Origin: Chrysemys picta bellii | Taxonomy: Eukaryota | DNA length: 64,000 nt | Assembly (NCBI RefSeq): GCF_011386835.1 | Contig: NC_088792.1 | Span: forward strand, 40,176,001 to 40,240,000 | Direction: 5' to 3' | Shown: in pieces, positions 12,451-23,887 of the stretch | Layout of the letters: each line of letters begins with the position of its first letter | How positions within the stretch are numbered: position 1 is the stretch's first letter | The notes under the pieces: generated by a model | What the model was told of the DNA's origin: nothing | What the model saw: the letters and a program-made list of their open reading frames with translations, nothing else | Databases searched by the model: none | Program-made: the position numbers and the translations under genes

Positions 12451-12762
12451 CAGTAGAACCTCAGAGGTATGAACACCCTGGGAATGGAGGTTGTTCGTAA
12501 CTCTGAACAAAATGTTATGGTTGTTCTTTCAAAAGTTTACAACTGAACATTGACTTAGTACAGCTTTGAAAGTTTACTATGCAGAAGAAAAATGCCGCTT
12601 TCCCTTTATTTTTTAGTAGTTTATGTTTAACATAGTACTTCCCTTTTTTTTTTTTTTTTTGGACTCTGCTGCTGCCTGATTGTGAACTTCCATTTCCAAA
12701 TGAGGTGTGTGGTTGACTCATCAATTTGTAACTCTGGTGTTCGTAATTATGAGGTTCTACTG
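12451..12762. mobile_element. Tc1/mariner (Tigger-like) MITE
   Basis: TIRs CAGTAGAACCTCAGAGGTATGAAC / GTTCGTAATTATGAGGTTCTACTG, followed by TA on the right. Confidence 0.8.
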
Positions 12763-13398
12763 TAGATGTTCCAATAGCTCTCACTTCCGTCTGAGGACTT
12801 CATATTCTCTATCCCCTCTTTTGTATTTAGAGAGCTTGAGACACTACAGGTTAATGCACTTTCCTTTGATATTGTGGTTAAAAACAATTTCACATTCAGC
12901 TTTTAATAACACAACTCAAACACTGGAAATAAAGAACAGAAAGGCAACTAGAGTATTTCAGGTTTCCTAGGACCTCCAAATCATAAAATATCTTCAAAAA
13001 GTATATCAGTATGTTTAAGAAAGACAGTATAGCATTTACAATAGCAAAAGTTACAACAACAATAAAATGACTCCCATCTATTCAGTCTTTCATGGGAAAC
13101 AACCCATATTTAACTCCGTAAGGAAAATGGTATCTAACAAAATTATGACCCAAAGATCCTACCCTAAAACCTTTTACATAAAATTCAGAAAATGTTGAGC
13201 ACAGTATTGAATTAAAGCAACAGCTTTACAGATAAAGTCTCCTCTCAGTTGGGGACACATAGCTCCCATATATGAATAAAACTACTTCTATCAGAGGGCA
13301 GACTTTAAGCCCTAGCTTGCTAATTTAACACCTCTATAGATGTACAAACTATTTCGTTTAACCATTTTTGCAGAACTTTTGGATACGGGAAGTCCTAA

Positions 13399-13509
13399 GG
13401 CCAAGATTCAGCAAGACACTTAAGCACGTACTTGACTTTGACTTAAAATGAGACTTAAGCAAGTTGTTAAATTTAACCATGTGCTTAAGTGCTGTGCTGA
13501 ATCAGGGCC
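13399..13509. mobile_element. Short palindromic MITE, Harbinger/Tourist-like
   Basis: About 30-bp imperfect TIRs (GGCCAAGATTCAGCAAGACACTTAAGCAC / GTGCTTAAGTGCTGTGCTGAATCAGGGCC), with TAA on both sides. Confidence 0.7.
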
Positions 13510-16094
13510 TAAAAGAGTAGCAATTGTTTTGTGTGTTTTATTACAATAAATACACTACTCTCTCGTTCCCTCCTCCTCTGTTGACAGCCTCAAATAGGCT
13601 ACCATCATCCCAAAGGGTCGTAGCCTCCTTGCAGATCAAATGCCACCTGGACCAGTCTCTAGCTAGGTCCTTCAGAAGGTCTGGTTAATTATCCAGTTTA
13701 TGTTCATCACGGGTGACCTTATCGCACCACTGAATCTTTTGGTGACAGTGTGCTCACCAGCCATGTAGTGGTATTACTCATTAAAAACACTTTGGAATTC
13801 AATAGTCTTCCAAATCTTTAATTCTAAATAAAAGTCCAGAAGGCATTTCCCCAACAAAAGAGGGGCAGTTTTGGTGGCCGAGAATGTCATGGTGGGGAAT
13901 ATGGACTGGCCCTGCTAAGCAGCATCAGTGTTGATCTCAGTCTCTCTCGTCTGCTTATAGAGTATGATGTTTATTACCATCCACAAGACATAGTTGTGTG
14001 GTGCAGAAGGTCACTGAACATGGATAGTGCTCTGTGGCACAGGAGTTTTTAAAGTTCAGTGAGAACATTAGTATGGAATACACCTTCACTCAGCAGCACC
14101 ATCAAATAGTGCAATAAGGATAAAAAAAGGGGGATTTGAATAGAAACAGAGAAGGGACATATCCAAAGTTACAGGCAGGAGATTATTATTTATACAGCAC
14201 CCACTGACTACTATGCCCTTTGCAGACATACCTGAAGATAATTTCCCTGTCCTGAAAAGCTTACAATCAGAATATTATCTATGCACACCTGGGGGAAGGA
14301 TGATGATTCATTAATATCGCTGATCCGTTCGCTGAGGTTAATGGGAATTTTGTCTGTGTAAAGACCATTAATCTAAAGTAAAGTAGTAGCATGTGGTAGG
14401 TGTTTACATCTCCACAGATTGATCTTAATAGCAGCTGAGGCACCTCTCAAGATCAGGCCATATTTCAGTCCCTCATTACCAGGAGATTATAAAATATAAG
14501 AGAATATTTGGTTTGTACAGTTCTTAAATATCATTTGTACACCATAAGTGAGATCATTCCTGGCCCTTATGGGGGAGTGTGGTGAGGGCACATCCAGAAA
14601 AAGCAGGGACTACTCTATCTGTACTCCTCCTGTTTGCACAACACCCCAGTGGAGCATTGAGGAAACAGCACCATAAATCTCTTTCTGTACCAGCCTACAG
14701 AGTATAATTCCTTCTAGAGACCCTTTTGGGATACTGCAACTATATACCAGCAATGTACTGTGCCTCATGGCAAACTGAGCTCGATGGCCCTGACTCAGGA
14801 AAACTCTAAAACATGTGCTTAAGTCCATCCATTTTTAGGGCAGCACTTAAGCATGTTTAATATTAAGCACATGCTTAAATTCCATTGACTTTAATGGAAC
14901 ATCCAGCACATATTTTAGAGTGGTTCTAATGGGGATGCTGCCATGAATGGGAGCCTAAAGATGTAAGCCGAGACATTTCAAAGGACAGCATCCATCTTTT
15001 GAGGTTCACCGATGCTATAATTAATCTGGAAAGGATCGCGTGAATCCCTTTTTCAGGTTTAGAAAAACATTACAAGATAAATACAAGAGTTACTTTTAGA
15101 AATTTATTTCTGCCTTCATTTCTCAACCACCTACCATAGCTCTTGTAAGGTACACCAGGGCACATCACTGTGAAAATAGCAGACACCAAAGAACAGTGAT
15201 TTTATTAGATGGCATAGCGGTTGACTCCATTTGTATTCATACCCTTTCACTCTGTAGGAAACTTCAACATGATTTATTTTAGAGCACGACAAGCACAGGC
15301 TATACTGCATATGTTGGTAATGCTTGTGCTTAAAAGTTCATGGAACATACATTCCCAGTAAGTGGTGCTATTACATTTGTGCAATATACTACTAGAATTT
15401 ATAACAATTATTATGGCTTGTTCCTTTATTTCATCATAAGTATAACTCTCAGAGGCCAAATTTGCAGGCTGTAGCCCTTAGTTTTACAAACACAGTCATT
15501 TACTCTTGCAATTCTGTGGGTATTGTCAATAGTACAAGCTAGTCATAACAACAGCATTCCAGATTCTCAGGGGGTGTGAGGATCCGTCCCTGTGTTTATA
15601 TGGAAATTTTGTCATGCCCACACACTAAGGAGTGCATCTACAGAACTGTGCATACAAATGACTATCTATGAACAACTGGAGGCACTTGGCACCTTGCAGG
15701 ATTAGACCCTAGCTGCAGTTCTCTTCCTCCCTAACTTCAACCAAATGAGAAAAGAAGTCAAGTTCACAGCTGGTCACTTCCTCAATTCAGGCTTTCCATT
15801 CATGGATGCACAGAGCAGTAGGAAGTGCAATTTACAGGTAACTCTACAATAACACCAGTGGTAGAATGAGAAGTCAGATGGGGCCCAACAGAAAGACTAA
15901 AGTCTCTGGCCATCTGGCCTGTGATTTTTTAGATAGAAGTAGATAGAAGTGAAGTTGTGGCTCCACAAGTTGAATTTGTGGATTTAGAGTCAGCTCGGAT
16001 CAATTACAGCCTTGGATCGGGGGTGCCAAACCCCTGAACTTTGGTGAAATTTGGGGGTATATTGGAAGAAAGGGATTAATTTGCTTTGAAGTAG

Positions 16095-16275
16095 AATGGA
16101 TGATGGAGTTGGTTTAAATCTTGGCTCTGTCAAAGACCTCCATGTGACCTTCAGCAAATTACTCACTGTCTCCAAATCTCGATTCCCCATCTGTAAAATT
16201 GGGACAATATCACCCTACCACCCAGAGGATACATTCACTAATGTTAGTGAGGTGCTCAAATACTACGGTGATGAA
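16095..16275 (+). mobile_element. Ancient MIR-like CORE-SINE
   Basis: Core-like GTGACCTTCAGCAAATTACTCAC...TTCCCCATCTGTAAAATTGGGACAAT and tail GTGAGGTGCTCAAATACTACGGTGATG. Confidence 0.7.
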
Positions 16276-17862
16276 GCTAACTAGACAGACCTACAGAGAA
16301 ACATGGCCTGGAATAGGGAGGAGTGATTTGCAGACTTGGATTTCAAGGCTTAAATAAATCACAAGCCTGTTCTGGAGGAGCAACTTTAGAGCTGGATGAT
16401 GAAGAGTTCACAGACCAAGATGAGAGAAGCAGGGCTTGGACTGTAGCAAACATTCAAGTATGAGACCAATTCTCAGAAGCTGAAATATCTGAAATCCACA
16501 CCCCAACCTACTCCCCCAAAAAGTGAAATATGCCCAAAAGGTTGGAGCCTTGTGTGGCCAACTCCCTCATAACAGAACTGCCAATCCTAGCAGTCTTCAA
16601 TTATAATTAAGAACTAGCCTCTTTTGTAGGTCTAAGGGGCTTCTTAATGAAAAATGATTACAGATAATGGTATTCTTTTCCATTCAAACTCAACTTTATG
16701 ACTAATATCAAAGGAACAGCACCTGTTTTAGATTATTTAGGTTTCTCCAAGGAGTGTCCCAATTTCATTTGGTTTGAATGAGAAAAAAAAAAAGATAGCT
16801 AAATACTCAGTCGATGGTGAGCATCCACTAACCCTGTAGGGTACAGATGAGGGATTAAAAGTCTAACGAGCTGAATCACCAGCAAGTGTGGCTTTGCTTT
16901 GCAAGTGTGGCCAGGCCACGCAGGCAGATGGGTAAGTAAACAGGATATAGTAAAGGAGTTATGCTAAACTCGCTTTTGTCAGTCCGTTTTTGTTGGTTTT
17001 TTTATACTGGAAAAAAGGCAATGTCTCCAATGACTTGCAGCATTAGCAGTGAAGGAGAAAGTTTTGTGAAACTAAAAATATTGTTTTTGTTAGTAAAATC
17101 TGGTGTTGTTTCTCCTTTCATTTGTTTCTTTGGGAAGGTTTTGGTTTTTGGGGTTTTGTTTTGTTGGGGTGGGTTTTTTTGTTTGTTTTCTGTTTTTGTT
17201 GTTGTTGTTTAACTTAAATTTGAAATCTCTTCATTTCAGAGATTTCAGATTCAGAAACAGATTCTGCTGTTTTTTATGCAACCCTTGTACCACTTCAATT
17301 ATAAAATATTGTCTTAAATATACTTGCAAAATATAATTGGTTAAAAATATTTGAAAAATCAGTAAGATGTTAAAAATATATGAAATGATAAACAAAGGTG
17401 GCATTAATTTATAAGGAAGTAGTTTGTCGTATCTATTTACTTTATATTAAGAAGATCATTTAGATCAGTATGTATGTTTTCTGATTAGGATCCAGTAATA
17501 AATTGTGCTCATCCTGAGGCCAGGGTTTTGCAATATACCAAATGCTAAGCTTCCAGTCCATAAATGTCTTCACTGCAAATAACCCATAAGTCTATTATCT
17601 TTACAGCAGCTGCAATCTGGAGAATGTGCCCTCTTTTAATTTAATTCCCTCATGAATTTCAATATTAACTAAGAAGCAAGCCTGAATGAGCAATATGCCA
17701 TAAAGCCAGGAGTTCACTAAACCCAGGCAAATGACCCAGCTGGACTGTTCAGTTCAGCCAACCCACAACAACCCAAACTGCAGCTTTTACAAAGCAAAAT
17801 GATCTGTTTTGAAAGAGATCACAGCATGTGGTCAAAAATGCTCAACAATGAGGACTCACAAT

Positions 17863-18250
17863 TAGAGGTGGTCAGAAAATGGAATTTCCAGCCCTTAGGA
17901 AATTTCTGACATTTTGAAATGTATTTTCATTCCCAGGTGGAGCAAAAAATCAAAATTTCTCGCAGAATGGAAATCCCCCACTCACCCTCTCCAAAAAAAG
18001 TGATTCAGAAACTGCTTTCTTAGGTAATGTTGAAAAACTTTACCTTATAAATATTAAATATATATTAAAATAAAATAACATTAAAGCTTTAACAAAATAA
18101 AACAAAGTTTAAATGAAACATTTTGACTTAAAATGAGAAAGTCATAAAAATTTGTTTTGACAGCCTTTCATTGAAAATTTGGTCAGAATCCCAACAAAAC
18201 TGCATTTTCCAACGGAAAACTGTTCTGCTGAAACTTTTTTGATCACTCTA
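17863..18250. mobile_element. Old AT-rich non-autonomous DNA element
   Basis: Degenerate TIRs TAGAGGTGGTCAGAAAA / TTTTTTGATCACTCTA; no TSD recognised. Confidence 0.45.
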
Positions 18251-18253
18251 ATC

Positions 18254-19497
18254 TAGGGTTACCATACGTCCGGATTTTCCCGGACATGTCCGGCTTTGGG
18301 GGGCTCAAATCCCCGTCCGGGGGGAAATCCCCAAAAGCCGGGCATGTCCGGGAAAATCGGGAGGGAGGGCTGGGCCGGGGTCGCGGGGCCGGGCGCGCGG
18401 TGCCGGGCCGGGGTCCAGGGGCGCAGTACCGGGCCGGGGCCGCGGGGTCGGGCCGCCGAGGGGGTGCGCTGGGCCGTGGGGCCGGGAGCCGGGGGGTTGG
18501 GCCGGGAGCCGGGCCGCCGGGGGGGTGCGCTGGGCCGCGGGGCCGTGAGCCGGGGGGTCGGGCCGGGAGCCGGGCCGCCGGGGGAGTGCGCGGGGCCGGG
18601 GGGGGGTTCGCTGGGCCGCGGGGCCGGGGGGTCGGGCCGGGAGCCGGGCCGCCGAGGGGGTGCGCTGGGCCGCGGGGCCGGGAGCCGGGGGGTCGGGCCG
18701 GGAGCCGGGCCGCCGGGGGGGTGCGCGGGGCCGGGGGGGTTCGCTGGGCCGCGGGGCCGGGGGGGTCGGCCCGGGAGCCGGGCCGCCGGGGGGGTGCGCT
18801 GGGCCGCGGGGCCGGGAGCCGGGGGGTCGGGCCGGGAGCCGGGCCGCCGGGGGGGTGCGCTGGGCCGCGGGGCCGGGAGCCGGGGGGTCGGGCCGGGAGC
18901 CGGGCTGCCGGGGGGGTGCGCGGGGCCGGGGGGGTTCGCTGGGCCGCGGGGCCGGGGGGGTCGGGCCGGGAGCCGGGCCGCCGGGGGGGTGCGCTGGGCC
19001 GCGGGGCCGGGAACCGGGGGGTCGGGCCGGGAGCCGGGCCGCCGGGGGAGTGCGCTGGGCCGCGGGGCCGGGCCGCCGGGGGGGGTGCGCTGGGCCGCCG
19101 GGGCCGGGATCCGGGGGGTGCGCTGGGCCGCCGGGGCCGGGAGCCGGGGGGTGCGCTGGGCCGCCGGGGCCAGGAGCCGGGGGGTGCGCTGGTGGGCCGC
19201 CGGGGGCCGGCAGTGCTGGGCGGGCCGGGGGTGGTCGGCCGGGGGCCAGGGCCGGCACCCCAGGGCCGGCACCCCAGGGCCCGAGCCGACCCAGGCTGGA
19301 GCCGCCGGGGGGGCCAGACTGGGCCGCACCTCCTCCCCCCACACCCCCCCTTATCTGCCCAGGCTTCCCGCGAATTAAATGTTCGCGGGAAGCAGGGGAG
19401 GGGGCGGAGTTGGGGCGGGGGAGGGGGGGGGGCTGGGGGCGGGGCCAGGGCCCCGTGGAGTGTCCTCCTTTTGGAGGCACAAAATATGGTAACCCTA
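18254..19497. mobile_element. Young non-autonomous hAT-like element (MER81/Blackjack-type termini) carrying a GC-rich minisatellite
   Basis: Perfect 13-bp TIRs TAGGGTTACCATA / TATGGTAACCCTA; perfect 7-bp direct repeat TCTAATC at 18247-18253 and 19498-19504. Confidence 0.88.
18370..19330. repeat. Extremely GC-rich tandem array, ~60-bp units with longer and shorter variants
   Basis: Recurring unit GGGCCGCGGGGCCGGGAGCCGGGGGGTCGGGCCGGGAGCCGGGCCGCCGGGGGGGTGCGCT, with CpGs largely intact. Confidence 0.95.
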
Positions 19498-22400
19498 TCT
19501 AATCAAAATAACTACTGGTGTTAAAGGGAACTGTCCAATATTCTCTACCCTTTCCATTTCTGCACTCTCTCTTGGGAGGGCTTGTAATACCTACAGACTT
19601 AAAAAAAAAAGTCAATTCAAACCGATTTTATTTCTTTCCATCTACAGTAGCAAGTTTTGATATCCCTACCCTGTTTCTTATATGGATCACAATCCAACAT
19701 GGCTTTGTATTTGCTGCCTTATTGAGGTACACCCAGTCCCCCACCCTGGTTATGTGTCAGAAGTACCCGTAGCAATTCAGCTAGTGCAGTTTTCTAGGCA
19801 AGGAAATTATGTTGGGTTTGGGGGCAGAGGAGGAAGTGCACAATTCAGAGCCAAACTCTGCAGGGAATGTGTGTGTGGTAGTGCATAGAAAGGAGGGGCA
19901 TGGCATGGGTGAAGTGCAGGGCCTAGATAGCTACCTTTAAGTATATCCTCCAGTCCTCTCCTTGTTACAAAGGTGCACTAGGACAGCAAATGCTATATCA
20001 TCCACCAAGCTGAAATGGTCTCCATGCAACAGCTCTGCAGTGGACAGTGATGGGAAGAGTCCTTCTGCTTCACTGTCACTTCCAAGGAGATATCCACCTC
20101 TCAGCTCATTAGTCGGACTGGACACTAAGCCCCGGGATTTCACTATCAGGACCCAACTTTGGCCTTGTATGTCCACAAGGTGAAGGGGTACAGATTTTCA
20201 AGACATCAGGGTTTCTACTGACATCAAAGAGAGCCACACAGAAATCCAAAAAACAGACTGACTCCAACTCAACATTTTATATGATACAAGTATGGTTTTC
20301 GGGACAGGATTTGTTCATTGTCTTACACTCCCTCTGCTGACTCTCCGGAAACAGAGCATAAAGCAATGCGGGCCCTATATAAATATTACTTCTCTCTCCC
20401 CAACCTTCCATTTCTTGTCAACAAAATAGTAATAAGATATAGGAAGTTGTAATCATGGTTTGAGCGTGAATAAAAACATCTAAATATATATTTGGCACAA
20501 TCATGACATCTTCAAAGCAGACAAAACTTTGAACAACAGCAGGGTGAAAACAAACTGTTACGCAATTATTTCCAATGGTTGGAAAATAGCAACTTCAGAC
20601 AAAATTTTTGAACCAGGGCATTCAAAGTTGAGCTTCTAAATCCATAGTTAGGCATATAAATAAATGTAGTGCCAGAGGGCTGAGCACATGAAAATCTCAC
20701 TGAGATCAATGTGAGGTGCTCATCACCTTCAAAAACAAGGCTACTAAATTTAGGTGCCTGAACATTGATTTACAAGATTAACTTGATGCACTCACATTAG
20801 AAAATTTTGGCTAATACTACTAATGGTTACAATGGGAGAAGCTTGCCTTTTACAATCAGTCCAGCCAGAACTTTCTTACAAAGGAAAGTCAGAATTGCAA
20901 ATCCAAATTGGATATTGTCCATTCAGGATTTGCAAAAGTCACAGTCTGATCAAAAACAAGAATCAAAATGAAAAGATTAAGTAATAATTTAATAGAAGAA
21001 AACAATTAAATGCATCAGTAACATAATTGCTACTGAAAAGTCATTGGGCTAAATCCTGCCCTCTGAAGTCAGTTGAGCTGCATAGGTGTAACCTGGACAG
21101 AATTTGCTGTATTCTCTACCGGGATTAAAGAAGGAACTGTAAAAGCTATAAAAGTTATAACAGGACCTTAGTATAGGTTGCCATTGACTAAAGTTAAATT
21201 ACAATGGAACACCTACAAAGAAAAGGTACAGAAATTCCAGCATCTACTCATTACAATGCTATTCATTAAAAACAAAGTATTAACTGGCCACTGTGAAACT
21301 CCAATAATGTTTATTTTAAAAGTCCAAAGCCCCTAAAACAATTGAGAATCAAAGCCATTTCAAGAGGGAGGAATTCTAAATAAACTAGAAATTAAAAAGC
21401 TCTCTTGTGTGGATGTAGTCACTGAAATGCTAGAAAACTTAGGTTAAAACTACATATACTGCTGACAAAAGGAGCATGGGTCCCAATCCAGCAAAGCCAT
21501 GGTACTTCTTGCATACTTACAGTTACATACATACATGATCCAGAATAGTCTCTCCTGTATCTGCACTAAGGCCCTGATCTGCTCCCATTGAAATCAATAC
21601 AAACATCATATCAAAGGGAATAAGACCACTATGAGCAGAGAATATGTTCCCACATATTTGTGTTCTAGTCAATGGAGTCACTATTTTACATAACATCTTT
21701 CAAACCCAGAATTAACAAATACATTCAGCAAAGCAGAATGCAGATGGCAGAGGGAAAGATATGTGGGGCCAGTCTAAAATGGGCTGTATCAAGGAGGGCC
21801 AGAACAAACTTAAGTGAGGTAGTGCTCCGTGATTAAACAAACCACACAGCATTCACAAACAGCATCTAACGGCATTTTCTGGTATCTTTCATGCTCATTT
21901 GCCATAAAGAACACCAAGAGACAGAAACATGAACTTGATGTGGCTTCTCCATACTTTGCAGGGTGGAAAGAAATCTGATGGGTGGATGTTAGTTCCTTTT
22001 TGTTTCTGTAATGCTCTAGTTTGGCAATTGGGGGAATAAAAAGTTAGATTCCACTGCCCCGCATTCTCAGCCCATCCCTAATTAGCCCTTCAGTGATCTG
22101 ATGATATCTCACACTGCTGGCAAGTTAGTGCTAGATGAGAAGGAATGCTATTTGCTCACAATCCTAAAATCTTCTTCCTTGTGCCTCCCTATCTCCTCTC
22201 CACAAATGTTGGTTTAAAATAAAGTAGTTTTGCTATAAGCTGTCTGAGTTTTAGAGTGTTGTTATGACCTAATTAAATTTCATCACTGAGCAATGACAAG
22301 CCTGGTACTGTTTTGAGTCTATTTTAAACTCTGGCTTCAGGTTAAATTAGTGGGGAGAAAACCAGGGATAGAATTAGATAGGAATTACTCCCAAAACAAA

Positions 22401-23540
22401 TGAAAATTACCTTAGTCATTTTGATCTGTATCATATTCCACTTACTACTGTGAGAAAGGAAGTATGAAAAAGCAGAGGCCTACTTTAAGACAGAGTGCTC
22501 TCAACTGTCTGAATTTTAGTATCAGTTTCTATTAACCTAAGTGATTTCCAGGTCTATACATATAGGTAAATATACTTGGGGTTAAGATTTGGGGCCAAGA
22601 TGTGTGAGGGTTTGAAAACTGAATCTTATTGTGGTTGTATCATTACATCATCCAAGCTGAAGGCAGGGTTCATCATTGCTCCACCCATAAAGACTTACAG
22701 GCACAGCTGAGTTTCTAATTTCTCTAGAAGAAGACATCGTTGAGCTGGTGACTGACTGTCAGTGGCCTTTGTGATAGGAAGATATCTTACCTTTGGATGG
22801 GGTAACATCTTAATAGGGCAATAATTCTGAAAGAGTATAGGCATGCAATTGTGCATATAAAATGCACACGCATAAGCCTAATCATGTATACAGTTATGAA
22901 AATTACATCTGCAACAGAATTAGCTATTTGTGTCTACACCTGCTTGAGTGACTCAAATAATTGTGTGAAAAACGGAATGCATACACTTTCCGAAATGGGC
23001 TCATCAATTTATCTTTTGTCCTCTGTTCTCTGGAGGAGAATAATAAAAATTGAACAAATTGAACAATAACCCCCTCTAAATAGCAATATTTGGAAATGGT
23101 TGTTTGTCAATGAATGTAAGTTATACCAAAACACTGGAACATACTTTGATGGAACAAAATTACAATAAAAGCCTCCTAATTCTGACTGATTGTGTTTTCA
23201 GAAAAGTAACACTTTCAAGGCTTCTTGTGGGAATACTTCAACAATTAATAAGCCCTCACTTAGACAACCAGAAGCTGTAATTGTTCAGCTAGCTTCCCAA
23301 AGTACATTTGTTTCAGTTCACTGAACTTACTTCATATTCAGTGTGATTATCTTAAAACACACACATGCCCAAATGTTACATTTAAGAACCTTGACCACTG
23401 ATTTATGCCATTTCTAGTCAGCAAAATGAAGCTCTATACAAACACAAATATAGAAAAAAAAATAATATAAGACAATTGGTCTGAAACGTTTTGAAAAGAA
23501 CCATGTCTGCTGAAAGACTAAGTTGAAAGGGACAACAGTT

Positions 23541-23554
23541 CTGCCCTCTAGTGG
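23541..23554 (-). promoter_or_regulatory. Candidate CTCF-binding site
   Basis: Minus strand reads CCACTAGAGGGCAG, a close match to the CTCF core consensus. Motif match only. Confidence 0.4.
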
Positions 23555-23661
23555 AAATGCTTCCTATTCATCAGCAGCACAAACACTTCAAATTTAATTC
23601 CACAACCAGGAACCTTTTGTTTGTTTACAGCCAGACACGTTTGCTATAAAATTACTGATTG

Positions 23662-23887
23662 CAGGGCCGGCTCCAGGGTTTTGGCCGCCCCAAGCAGCCA
23701 AACAAAAAACAAAACAAAAAAGCCCCGATCGAGATCTGCGTCGGCAATTCGGCGGGAGGTCCTTCGCTCTGAGCAGGAGTGAGGGACCGTCAGTCGAATT
23801 GCCGCCGAACAGCTGGACGTGCCGCCCCTCTCCAAAGTGGCCGCCCCAAGCACCTGCTTGGTAAGCTGGTGCCTGGAGCCGGCCCTG
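23662..23887. mobile_element. hAT (Tip100-like) MITE
   Basis: TIRs CAGGGCCGGCTCCA / TGGAGCCGGCCCTG; perfect 8-bp TSD ACTGATTG. Confidence 0.92.

Noticed and set aside
18259-19524. Four overlapping 360-412 aa ORFs on both strands
   Set aside because: They lie in a near-pure GC tandem array inside a TIR element, where stop codons are absent by composition. The products are low-complexity G/P/A/R repeats.
19937-20183. Opposing 73-79 aa ORFs considered as a possible exon 2 of the host gene
   Set aside because: No resemblance to the recalled PLXDC2 sequence following exon 1 and no convincing splice sites.
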